Assembly (NCBI RefSeq): GCF_964355755.1
Contig: NC_092680.1
Location: 14,765,045-14,829,044 of the forward strand
Direction of reading: 5' to 3'
Source of the DNA: Antedon mediterranea
Taxonomy: Eukaryota > Animalia > Echinodermata
Length of the DNA stretch: 64,000 nucleotides
The notes beneath the pieces were generated by a model that searched no databases, was not told the origin of the DNA, and worked only from the letters and a program-made list of their open reading frames with translations. Both the position numbers and the translations under genes were made by a program. Below are positions 26,985 through 38,740 of the stretch, piece by piece (the stretch's first letter is position 1; each line of letters opens with the position of its first letter).

Positions 26985-27876
26985 GATGGTAGGCAGTTTA
27001 TTCAAGGAAAGGTGTTGGCGGAAGGGAGCAATGAAGTTGTGGGGGTGCTATGAAAACAATGTGAATAGTGCTGTAGCAGCGAAATTGTTGGAACTAGAAG
27101 TTCGCCAGCCAGTGTTGATAACGGACGTTTCCGAAAAAATAAATGTCTTGATAAGGCTGTCTGCGAAATCGAAGGTACTAATCAATGTTGGTGTGTTTGA
27201 GATAAATGAAGATGTGCTAAACGACATACACTTTTAGTTGTTGTATACATAGAAAAAAAAAATGCTCTTTTTCAGAAAGCATTCTCAAACATACTGAATA
27301 TAAATAAAATAAGTTATTATACCAAAATATGATATATGTTATGTGTGGTTGAAATGTTTATATTAAATATAGTGTTATTTTATATATGTAGGTAGGTGCA
27401 CTGGTGGAAACACAGACGTTGTTACGGCAGTATGCGTAAACTAGCAAACAATTACGTAATTGTTGTATCTGGGTTAATTTGCATAAATGTCAGGCGACGT
27501 CAACGTATAATAGAATCTAACTGGCTAGTGTGGCTAGTTGAGATGATGCCAGTGTATAGACCGGAGGTCTTAGTATTAAGAAGTTACACTATATTGAGAA
27601 TTTACACAATAAAATATCTCGAGTCGATTGTTGCATATGATACAAGCTTCTGTATTCTTTCTTACGTATTATCTCAACTCAAAGAAATGGCCAGTGAGGC
27701 CGGAGTTACAGATATTAAAATTGGGCACCGAAGGTTGTAGTATTGGTGTGATGTTGTGGGGTGAGGTTGCTGTGGGTGTTCCAAGCAATCTGAAATCATG
27801 TGATGTCTTGATTTCTGCAGTTGAAGTCGAGGAGGAGAATTTCAAATTGAAAAGCTCTCCTTCCACTGTTGTGGAG
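26985..27876 (+). pseudogene. RPA-like OB-fold gene fragment (paralog 2; copies at 28223-29110 and 56960-57442)
   Basis: Exon ...VLITDVSEKINVLIRLSAKSK|gt and exon LKLGTEGCSIGVMLWGE..DVLISAVEVEEENFKLKSSPSTVVE|gtaagt. Confidence 0.65.
27516..27710 (+). mobile_element. 195-bp solo-LTR-like insertion in the OB-fold exon (present in all three copies)
   Basis: TCTAAC...GTTACA ends with an internal AATAAA. It separates TSTYNR from ILKLG, which are contiguous in the paralogs (TYKRRCLKLG). No clean TSD. Confidence 0.45.
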
Positions 27877-29520
27877 GTAAGTTTAATATTTTGAGGTAAA
27901 ATAACTGAAAGAAATGTTTTTTTTTTTAATTGAAATGGAAGATGCTTTGGGGTACGGGTTGCAGTATATATCTTATAAAGACATAAGGTAGTGAAGTGAA
28001 ATGATAACAAGAAATGTCTATAATTGGTTATTTTGATGTCAGGAAGTTTTATCTTGAGGTGAATTCCCATGGGGTACACCATTATTGCCTGTACACTGTA
28101 AACTGTAAGTATACCGTAAGTCATTTGTTGTTGAATGTTACTGTAAATGTTAGAGATGAGTATCCGAAAGATTGTAAAGTTCGTCGCTGCATAGCGATTT
28201 AACAAAAGAGTCATATCGAGAGATGGTAGGCAGTTTATTCAAGGAAAGGTGTTGGCGGAAGGGAGCAATGAAGTTGTGGGGGTGCTATGAAAACAATGTG
28301 AATAGTGCTGTAGCAGCGAAATTGTTGGAACTAGACGTTCGCCAGCCAGTGTTGATAACGGACGTTTCCGAAAAAATAAATGTCTTGATAAGGCTGTCTG
28401 CGAAATCGAAGGTACTAATCAATGTTGGTGTGTTTGAGATAAATGAAGATGTGCTAAACGACATACTTTTAGTTGTTGTATACAAAGAAAAAAAAATGCT
28501 CTTTTTCAGAAAGCATTCTCAAACATACTGAATATAAATAAAATAAGTTATTATACCAAAATATGATATATGTTATGTCTGGTTGAAATGTTTATATTAA
28601 ATATAGTGTTATTTTATATATGTAGGTAGGTGCACTGGTGGAAACACCGACGTTGTAACGGCAGTATGCATAAACTAGCAAACAATTACGTAATTGTTGT
28701 ATCTGGGTTAATTTGCATAAATGTCAGGCGACGTCAACGTATAATAGAATCTAACTGGCTAGTGTGGCTAGTTGAGATGATGCCAGTGTATAGACCGGAG
28801 GTCTTAGTATTAAGAAGTTACACTATATTGAGAATTTACACAATAAAATATCTCGAGTCGATTGTTGCATATGATACAAGCTTCTGTATTCTTTCTTACG
28901 TATTATCTCAACTCAAAGAAATGGCCAGTGAGGCCGGAGTTACAGATATTAAAATTGGGCACCGAAGGTTGTAGTATTGATGTGATGTTGTGGGGTGAGG
29001 TTGCTGTGGGTGTTCCAAGCAATCTGAAATCATGTGATGTCTTGATTTCTGCTGTTGAAGTCGAGGAGGAGAATTTGAAATTGAAAAGCTCTCCTTCCAC
29101 TGTTGTGGAGGTAAGTTTAATATTTTGAGGTAAAATAACTGAAAGAAATGTTTTTTTTTAATTGAAATGGAAGATATTTTGGGGTACGGGTTGCAGTATA
29201 TCTTATAAAGACATAAGGTAGTGAAGTGAAATGATAACAAGAAATGTCTATAATTGGTTATTAAGTTTGTTTGAAATTGAACTTTGTATTATTTTTATTT
29301 ATTTTTAAAAAATATTACATGCATCCAACAGCGAACACATTATTATTATAATTATTCCTTGTACTTATAAACTGATTTGGGAGTGGAATTAAAAGAGTCG
29401 TGAGTTATTTGCACTAGGTAAGGATTGAACCATGGACCTTGGAATTAGAAGTTTGTGACAGCGATATGATGTACTTTGTATTTGGATGTCTTAAACTCTT
29501 TTTTTTTCCTTTTCCTATAG

Positions 29521-29700
29521 CGAACATACCTTTCGATCTCGATCTATTATGAGAATTGTTGTACGAAGAGGCGGTAACTGTTGGTATCAATGCTGAACTT
29601 GTATTCAGGGAGATCATCCTGCGAGTACAGACAACACAGGCAGCAGCAACCAATGCAAGATTAAGCAGAATGTGGCAAGAGTACAGCGTCGTGAGGTGGT
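29521..29700 (+). mobile_element. Mutator (MULE) transposase C-terminal exon; copy at about 57850-58030
   Basis: NIPF..LL*ELLYEEAVTVGINAELV..RVQ...NARLSRMWQEY resembles the tail of animal FLYWCH-MULE transposases. Confidence 0.5.
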
Positions 29701-30244
29701 TTCCCGAAAGATCGTAAAATCAAAACGGTACTGGGTATGACCAACTGGCGTTTCATTCATATCTAAAGTTCAATAGCTTCTATAATACGTTTTAATTATG
29801 ACTATACATTTAAATTCAAAGAAAAAAATAAAGAAGACTAACAACGACTTTTACAATAGCAAGAAGTGATCTTTTAATTGTAAAAATCACGTAATAAATG
29901 GTGTTTACATTAGTTATATTGAAATTGTTGTTGTTTAATTTAAAGTTAGCGTCATGTTGCATTTTATAGTTGGTTTGCGTTTAAACGTGTAGTCAACAAC
30001 TCTATTATTAATAACTTTCCACTGTTTGGCTCTTAAATACGCAGGTAAACACCGTCCAAGGCAGTCACCCAGATTAACATACCATCCAAACAAGTCATTA
30101 AGGGGGTGTTATTAAGACAGTAAAATGACTTTGCATAGTAGTGATTGGTGATTAACACAACCCCACCCCGTTTTTGGCCAAACAATATTTTTTTTTTTGT
30201 GTTTTCAATTAAAATGTTAAAAAAAATGTACATCGTGGAGAAAT

Positions 30245-32170
30245 TTGAAAAACGAAAGGGGGGGTTATTTTGGAGTGGGCATGATAATTGAAGAAGGGGG
30301 TAAAATGGTTATCAGTTGTTATGTAAATGATGTTGAGTCTCCAAGCATGAGCAAATTGATGACTTTGGAAACTGGTGTAAAGGTGATAATTACAGACGTA
30401 ATTGGAGGAAATGATTGTTTGAGGTTAACAGCAAAATCTAAGGTAATGTTTTTAGTTCGTTATTATTTACTTGTTTAAAATGATGTTTAGTTTTGTTAAC
30501 TGCGCATGGATATAGAAAATCTTGTAAATTGAAGACCTAGTCTAGGAGGCCTAGTCCTGGAAGAAATAATACAGAAGTTACAATATAGGCCTATACTGTA
30601 GTATAAAACTTAATTGAGTTGAGTTTAGTCATATTATCAATACTTTAGATTTTAGATTTTAAATATTTCATGAGAATTTGTTAGGCCTAATTTCCGTTTT
30701 TTATTATTTGCGATTGTAGGTCATGACGAAAGTGGCAAACTTCAATGTTGACATGGGGGTAATAAACAATTTTATCCGACCAGAAGTTGTGTCTCTATCG
30801 GAGGCGAAGGGTAGTCCACAGAAGAAACGAATTTCGGTGCAGGGATGTGTTGTTGAGGTAATTTTATATTTCATTTATTTATTTTTTTACATATTTATGA
30901 ATAGGTTTATTAAAAATTGTTGAAATTGAGAATAATTCAGAATTTCGGATAATAATGCTGGGGTAAGTATTAGGAATTTTGTTTAAATTCCTAGTTGAAA
31001 TGAAAGTGTGATTGATAGTTTTGAGTTATGTAAAATTATGAAATGTTATTACTAATTCGTATAAGAGAAGATCGACAACGTTAGGAAATGGAGATACAAA
31101 GATGGAAGTAGTGCTGTGGGGTGAGGCGGCAGCATCCACCTTTGACTTAGTGGCAAATGATGTGATAATCAGTGCAGTTGTTGTGCAGGACAGACAACTA
31201 AGAAGTACGCCGTCGACGGTGGTAGAAGTAAGTTTTGTTTTGTTATAACTACTTTAAACTGAAATTCTATTTTTTTATATTGGAACAAAAAATTATTAAT
31301 TATGATTTAATTTCCAGCTATTGTAAATGAATATCGAGTAGAAAGAATTGTATAATCGACATCGCTCTGTATTGTCAAACTCCATTTGTTTAACCAATTA
31401 GTAGTGTCATTTAAATTACTAATCAATATTAATTATATTTTATATTTGGTTTGTATTATAGGCGAATGGTATGGATAGCGTAGAGGGTGCGATTATTGCT
31501 GTTGGCGACACCAGTGATGGGTATGTAAAATTCTACATTATTGTATTGATGCTTGTACAGTGTTATTGAATGTTTTAAAAGGGAAATTGTGACATAACCA
31601 TATTTTTTAAAATAAACGCCCCGGAGTGTTATTTGTTAAGTGGTGGTTGCGCTCCCTCGATAGCCTAGTAAAAAAAAAACAATAAAATCAGAGACTTCTG
31701 TTACAGTGGGGGACTCAAACGCTCACATTATCTTATCAGTTAAAAATTGACATGCACCCCCACATTTTGCTTCAAGGATGGATCCACATGGATGCGCCAT
31801 CCTGGCGCAAACGCGCTGGATCCGCCCTTGAACATGAAGTTTCATGTTTAAGATTATTAAACATTTAACATGTTTAAGATTATTACTATCGTTTTTTAAT
31901 GTAAATCCACAAAAATATACAATAACTTTGAAAATGAAAATCAACATATTTGTGTTAACAAGTAATATAAAAACTGTATATTTTTTTTTCATTAAACTTC
32001 ACTTCACTTAACAGACATGGAATATTTTAGTATTAAATTTATAACACAACAATATTTGAATGCTATTTTGTAGTAATGCTGTTTAAATTTATTTTTATTT
32101 TAGATATCCAGTCGATATTTATTTGGAAACAGAAGAATGTTTAAAGCTTCCGGAAAGTGCACATTTTCAT
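30245..32170 (+). pseudogene. RPA-like OB-fold gene (paralog 3), five exons, most complete copy
   Basis: Exons ..VIITDVIGGNDCLRLTAKSK| VMTKVANF..SPQKKRISVQGCVVE| TNSYKRR..MEVVLWGE..VIISAVVV..LRSTPSTVVE| ANGMDSVEGAIIAVGDTSDG| YPVDIYLETEECLKLPE, with GT-AG boundaries. Confidence 0.7.
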
Positions 32171-32241
32171 TTTCAGAAAGAGAGTACCAACGAGGATTAA
32201 CCGAACCGAAAGTATTACATATCAGCAACAATGAAAGCAAA

Positions 32242-32377
32242 ATTTAAAGCAAAATCTCCACTGGATGAATTATTTAAAGCAAAATCTCCACTGGATGAAT
32301 TGAAACGAAATCTTAAATCTTTTTATAGACAGCAGTCTATTATCTATCTATCTATCTAAATCTATCTATCTATCTAT
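32242..32377. repeat. 30-bp tandem duplication followed by (TATC)n
   Basis: ATTTAAAGCAAAATCTCCACTGGATGAATT x2, then a TATC tract at about 32337-32377. Confidence 0.8.
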
Positions 32378-32576
32378 AGAAAGTTTATCAAGGCTTTTGC
32401 AGAACCAAAAAAATTAGGCATAGTGAATATAAACATTGTTGTCTCGAAACACAATTTGGAAAGATAAATATAAGTTTAGCAGAAAAAAAACATATTTGTA
32501 TAAAGTAATTACGAAGTAGAATACATCAATTGTATAGAATTTGAAAACAATTTCTGGATTTGATTGTCCATACATA

Positions 32577-33158
32577 ATGGATACACAATTAATAACCGCT
32601 ACTATTGGTATGTTGTTTTTAATGTTCTTCTTAATGTTATGCTGCTTTTTTAAGAATAATAAAGAAAATACAAACAAAGAGTACAATAATGTCAATACAG
32701 CTGGTAATGTTGATAGTGGTATTATAGATACAACAGAATTTGAAACAGTCATTGATGAAATCTTGAACCTACTTGACCAATGTTGTTTATCTAAGAATGT
32801 CAAAGACATGAGCACTATAAAACTGGAAAATGATGATACATGTAATGTCGATTGTGAAGTTATCAAAGATACAACAGAATTTAAATATGATATCCTAAAC
32901 TTATTATCTTATGGTATAGCGCTTGCCTCAGAGTTTAATAAATGTGTTCTATGTAGTATTGAAGTGAAAGCAGACAATACGTACATAACATGTGACTGTT
33001 GCAGTAAACATATCCATGTGACATGTGTAAGAGATATTTTTGAAGACAAGCTATGTGATTCCAGAGTAATTTGGATTTGCCCAATGTGTGGAAAAAGTAA
33101 TTTTGCTGGTAATTTGTTGGGCGATAGAGGTATTCCTTGTCATTTCAATAGTATATGA
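32577..33158 (+). pseudogene. Helentron N-terminus: predicted transmembrane/signal helix plus PHD finger
   Basis: MDTQLITATIGMLFLMFFLMLCCFFKNNK, and CVLC..ITCDCCSKHIHVTCV..WICPMC (C4HC3). Confidence 0.75.
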
Positions 33159-34596
33159 TTCTAGAACATGATGAGTATGTCACTAACTTTCAAGAATTAA
33201 CTAAAAATGAGTCCAAGTCCAACCAACAGAATATAAAAAAGTGAAGATTTACTTGATAGTAAATGGATAAAGGTAAGATCAAGAAAAAGTACCAATAACA
33301 GAAAAAAAAGGAAATAAAAAAAGAGGGAATAAGAAACGAAGAAAGCGGGTAATAAATGGTATAACTATAGAGCCAAAGTGTTACATATATTGGTAAAGCT
33401 GTAAAAGATTTCTATGAAAGACGAAACAAGAAAATGAAAGTGAATCAAAATGTGGATAGAAAAAACAATGACGGGGATGTACTAGACAATTCACAAACAA
33501 TAAGCGCTGATGTAAGTAGGCCTACAAGTGGTGTTTTTTCAGAAGTAAACAATACAAAAATAACGAACACAATACAACAAGTTTCTGGTGGTGGTGGTTT
33601 TAACATGAAACAATTACGAAAAAAAGGTCGTTTTGTCAAAAGTAAGAGGTCAAATAAGAAAGAATCACAAGAAAAGAATGATAGTGAAAATAATATTTCA
33701 GATTACTTGGCTAATGATGACAATTTAAAAATAAAACGTAATGAAGACAACATTTACACAACAGCTAGTGATGAACCAAAGAGTAATAACAAAATTAATC
33801 ATCAACTAACAATCATTAGATAGTAGTTTTGATGATCATAAAATATTAATAATTGATAAGGAACAAACAAAAACATCCAATGGAAAAATTAGGCAAAATA
33901 CACAACCTAGAAATGAATTTAAACAATATAATATGAATGATGATAACAGTGTCGATATTAAAGTTTCAACCAATGCATGCAATATATCTGATGATGATAC
34001 TAAAGACGTTGCGTCGTTTAAAGAATATAAAAGTGTTGTAAACCCATGTAATAGTATTACTAATAATAGAACTATAGCACAGGGTAGTTTTAATCAAGGG
34101 AATCCTAGATTTGGCTATGCACATGGTAAACAGTGTGTTGCAAATAGTCTTGTAGCTATTCTTTATTCAACTTAAAGAGGAATGGAAATGTATTTTACAC
34201 AAAAGATCTTGACACAATATTGACTCTTTTGGAAATGAATTGTACTACTATTGTAACACACAAGAGAATATAAATCTATTAACTGTTTACAAGTTGGTAT
34301 TTTGTGGAATGTATAATTGCTCTAATGGGAGTTACTATAAACACTTGTTGATGTCCAGTGGTCCAATTTGCCCTAGCTTTCACTGAGGTGAAGGTGATGT
34401 GACATCCCCCCCCCCCCCCCTTAATGACTATTCCTCATCATCAAAGAATGTTCCTTTGTTCCAAATAGTCCCCTCCCAGTACATGCATATTAATTAGGAC
34501 TGTTCCTTAAATATGAATGTACTGGCTAAGAGGGAGAGAGTTAACAAATTTATAAAGAGAGAAGAAAACGTTTATAATAGAGAGGATACATTATTA

Positions 34597-36430
34597 AGCT
34601 CGAGTCCCAAGATCAGGTTTTTTCTTCCGTCTTCCAAAGGGACTTATATTGATTGATAGGACGTCAGGAGAAGAGTGTTGCAATCCCACAGTCATTTCTT
34701 CACTTGGTCACTAATGACCTACTTTTTGAATAGAATGTCATAAGCTTGCAATTTAGGGACAATCTTTGTATATTGTAGGTATTCAAGGATTGACCTTGTC
34801 AACCATTGTGTAAATACTTTCTATGCTCTCTGCTTTGCTATTCATTTATCATTTAGAATTCAATTGTGATATTGTATATTCTTAATACAAATCAAAATGG
34901 ATTTAGTGTTACTTTCGAAAGTTTTGATCATTTTGTATATGGTAAGAGAACTAAATAAACGCAAGCAGAAGAAAAAACGATTGCAAAAGAAACGCAGTGT
35001 GTGGGTGAAACCATGGATACAGCGGCGAAAATCCCATGGAGCATACCATGATTTAATAAAGGAACTGGAAGTAGAAAACATAGAAAAATATAATAATTTT
35101 ATCTATAATTATATATAAATATATAATATATTATGACTTTTAATAACACTTTATAATCTTTGTATTCAACTCCTAACTAAAGTTATTTCAAGTATCTATA
35201 ATCAAAAGATATATAGTGAACTATATTATATCTCTCTGCTACAATATTCAGATGTTGATCCCTACCAAGCCAAATTCCTGCCCATCTGATTGGCTATTGG
35301 TGTAAAAAACTGGTGTCAGTTTCGTTAATAATAGGACATGCACTAAAACTATTACTAACTACCGTATTTTCCGGAGTATAGGTCGACCCCAAGTATAAGT
35401 CGACCCCCAACTTTGACCTAGAATATCGTTGATTTTGGTATGACCTGAATATAAGTCGACCCCCAAAATCGGCTAATAACACAACTTACTTTAAAGTTCA
35501 AAGAAGGCTAGAAATGTATGAAATGTGGTTGTTTGTTTATACAATTATTAAAGTGTAGGCCTAATCAATATCGGACGGACGTAATCACAACGGCTTCGCC
35601 GCCGTCTTCGCCAGCCTATAATAAATGACAGCGATGTAGCGTTACAGTACTTGCCATCAGCGATGTTTTTTCGCGTCACTCGAATAAATTAAAACGAGTT
35701 TTTCGTTAGGAGGCTTATTAATTGTACAGGCGAGTAGTTGTAAATCGCGTTATCTGTAAATGTACACGCGCCGGACTGAGGAGAATTTATTTTATGAATA
35801 GACATGCGCAGTAATTGTAATTACGAACAAACAAACAAACTGCGCATGTGTATAGATGAAAATATCGCGCAATAACAAACATGCTGCATGGACATTCCAA
35901 CATCGTGTAGTTCGTTTTGTGGTGTGTGTTACGAAGCATATGAAACACAAACGAAAACTATTTATTCTTAATTATTTTAATAAAAGCGTAATATAAACAT
36001 CAAAATTAATCTTTGTTATATATTAATAGTACTTGTACCAGTACTTGTTGGAGTTGTATTATTTTGTACAATGTAGGTATTATTAAATTGAAAACTCCTG
36101 TGAGTGATTGATGATAGGCCACTGACCTTGCTAGGCCTTGACAGCTGACGGCTTTTGAACGAATTTTTTCGGCTTGATTTTTTTCAAAAATCGCATGGTC
36201 GGAGTATAAGTCGACCCCCCGATTTTGCAATTAAAATTTTCCCACAAAGTCTCGACCTATACTCCGGAAAATACGGTAAGTCACTATTTTCTCTCTTTTA
36301 TACACAAGGGAGCAGTTAAAATAATAGATTTGACCCTAAAGGTGACTGGAAACAGGCACTTTCCATCAATCAATACAGTGTCCCTTTGGAAGACTGAAGA
36401 AAAAACCTGATTGATCGTGGGACTCGAGCT
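34597..36430 (+). mobile_element. PIF/Harbinger deletion derivative
   Basis: TIR AGCTCGAGTCCCA(A/C)GATC, TTA TSD, and a Harbinger transposase N-terminus KRSVWVKPWIQRRKSHGAYHDLIKEL at about 34940-35100. Confidence 0.88.
35362..36276. mobile_element. Tc1/mariner (pogo-like) MITE
   Basis: Perfect 25-bp TIR CCGTATTTTCCGGAGTATAGGTCGA, TA TSD, subterminal TATAAGTCGACCCCC repeats. Confidence 0.92.
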
Positions 36431-37369
36431 TTAGTATTGGAATAAAACTGTTGTCACTGGACAAAACCATATTTACTGTTTGTATATTCTGTGACTGTGT
36501 GAAATCCTGCCACTGAGACTATATGATATAGTAACGGATACAACAACCGTTACACTATATTCAAAAAGATTCCACTATGAATGAGGACCTGTTAATGATT
36601 TCTGAACTGCCAAAAGAATTGGATATTTTTGATAACACATTTGTAATATCTCCCAAAGAATCAGTGTTTGGTATAATAGATGGTAATCTCGAATTGATGG
36701 CTGAATATGGAGCCTTGTCATTAAATCAAGCTCTAGAACAAGAATTACACCAATATGATGCATGTTTCATGAATTTTAACACAAGTACATTTGCTGTAAT
36801 TAAACGTGTAAATGGTTTCCTTATTATTTGATTCACATGCAAGAGATCGTGTTGGTTGTGTTAGTTAAAATGGAAAGAGCATTTTACTTTACAGTACATC
36901 TTGGAAAGGTGTGTACAGTTATTGTTCAAGATTAGCAAGGTCAATGAACTGTAATTTAAATAAAACTGAGTTTGAACTGACTGGTGTAAATGTTCAAAAT
37001 AAGTCTATGGTTTTATGTTCCGCTTCTTCTGTCATATTAAATGATAATTATGAACAAAACAACTCAGAACATTTTGATTTTGATGAACCTAGTACGTCTC
37101 GCCGATATAGTACCACGACATTACCCGACAAGAATATTGATTCTAAATTTAAAGTAAAAAGACATTGTAATAAAAAAGGTCATGTTTCAAGAAGTAATAG
37201 ATGGCACACTAATGACGACATTGAAATTGTTAATGTTGAATATGGAGAAAAACAAGACAAGAATTTTGAATTTATTCCGATCTTAGAAAAACAAAAGAAA
37301 AACAGGTGTAATAAAGTAGGCATTAATACAAATTAAGCAAATTAATGGTGTATGAAATTGCACGATAAA

Positions 37370-37735
37370 AACAATTACCATCATTATTTCAGGAACGGAA
37401 AATAATCATTTAATTCTAAGAAAAGCAATTGTTAATCATTTATTGGAGACCGATGAATTGTTTAGTAATACATTAAGTCATGAATATAGAACAGTTAATG
37501 AATATGTGTTTTAAAAAAAAGTAATGGATAATGGAACATGGGCTTCTAATACTGAAATAAGTGCAATGGCAGACTTGCTTAATGTAGATATTTATTCATT
37601 CAATGATCAACTTTTGACTTGGCAATTGTTTTCAGCACGAAAACAAGGAAGAATAAATGACGTTACAACTGACAATGGTATATATATTCTGTACGCCAGA
37701 AATGTGCACTTTAATGTAATAGAATCGGTTGACGT
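37370..37735 (+). pseudogene. OTU deubiquitinase domain of the Helentron (catalytic Cys segment deleted)
   Basis: ISGTENNHLILRKAIVNHL..GTWASNTEISAMADLLNVDIYSF..IYILYARNVHFNVI. Confidence 0.75.
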
Positions 37736-38417
37736 GAATCTAAATTATGTTCGAAACAATAACAATTGTAGATAGTGATCTGGATATCTCATCAGAAATG
37801 AATGTACATGACCCTACTGTTATAAAAGATCATTTTTCAAAAGATGACAATGAACGCAAAAGAAAAGAAAGTCATAAAGTACTTGAAGACGCTATAGGAC
37901 CCACTGAAAAACGGAGTAAAAATGATGAAAGAGTTTGTTCTAATAACAAAACAAAGGTATCAAAAAGAAAGAGAAAAACAACTAAAAATATTAAAAGACA
38001 AAATAAAAAATTACGAATGAGGATGAAACGTTCAAATGAAACTACAAGTAATGTAGAAAACGGACAAAAAGTAGAACAATATAACAAAGCGGGTGCCCAG
38101 CGAAAGAAATATCAAAATGATTTTGTCTACAGAGAAGAAAAGAAACGCAAAGTTAAAGAAGCACAGAAAATAAGATATGCTGATGATGATTGTAAATTTC
38201 ATAAAACGAAAACAGAGAAAGACAAAAGAAAGCCTACAACTGAGAACCCAAATATAGTCTTAGGGTACGAAGTAGGACGAGAGAAAATTACAAAACTAAT
38301 TTGGATTACAGAACAAACAAAAAAGCAAAAAGTGTGAAAAATTATAAACTTAATGACAAATTTAGGCACAATTTAAAAGAAAAAAAGAAAAATATCAAAA
38401 TAATAAACAAAATCTAT

Positions 38418-38740
38418 CAGCAAGTATCGCAATAATTTGAGGCAAAAATTAGCAGCAAAGTATCGTAATAATTTGAGAAAAAAATTAGCAGCAAAGTATC
38501 GCAATAATTTGAGAAAAAAATTAGCAGCAAAGTATCGTAATACTTTGAGAAAAAAATTTGCAGCAAAGTATCGCAATAATTTAAAATTCAGAAAAAACTT
38601 AAAGAAAAAATTCCAAGAAAGTATTGGAGTAATTTAAAATTCTGTGAAAAGTCGTAAGCAAAAGTTTACAGAAAAGTATTGGAGTAATTCAAAATTCTGT
38701 GAAAAGTCGTAAGGAAAAGTTTACAGAAAAGTATCATGGT
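38418..38740 (+). repeat. Coding tandem repeats in the Helentron ORF (36-bp units, then ~56-bp units)
   Basis: KYRNNLRKKLAA x ~4.5, then AGAAAGTATTGGAGTAAT...AAAAGTTTAC x2. Confidence 0.85.

Larger units (their letters stand above)
26795..29261 (+). repeat. ~1235-bp tandem duplication (units 26795-28029 and 28030-29261)
   Basis: Near-identical units, with duplicated ORFs 27396/28630 and 27628/28862. Confidence 0.95.
34252..36554 (+). mobile_element. Solo LTR (gypsy-type) carrying nested DNA elements
   Basis: TGTAAC...GTTACA termini, 4-bp TSD CTAT (34248-34251 and 36555-36558), AATAAA near 36441. Confidence 0.85.
34060..36900 (+). pseudogene. Herpesvirus-tegument-type deubiquitinase (peptidase C76) domain of the Helentron, interrupted by an LTR
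   Basis: QGSFNQGNPRFGYAHGKQCVANSL (catalytic Cys), LDTIL..GNELY, LLMISELP and (F)DSHAR (catalytic Asp/His). Confidence 0.8.

Noticed and set aside
27396-27740. Triplicated 114-aa ORF as a conserved gene
   Set aside because: The similarity reflects recent DNA duplication. The ORF runs across an intron and an LTR-like insertion, out of frame with the OB-fold exon.
31775-31830. GGATCCGCCCTTG hAT-MITE-like end in an OB-gene intron
   Set aside because: Only one terminus is identifiable, so boundaries cannot be supported.
34060-36900. Endogenous herpesvirus suggested by the tegument-type DUB
   Set aside because: The domain is collinear with OTU and Helitron Rep motifs, and there are no capsid, terminase or polymerase genes.
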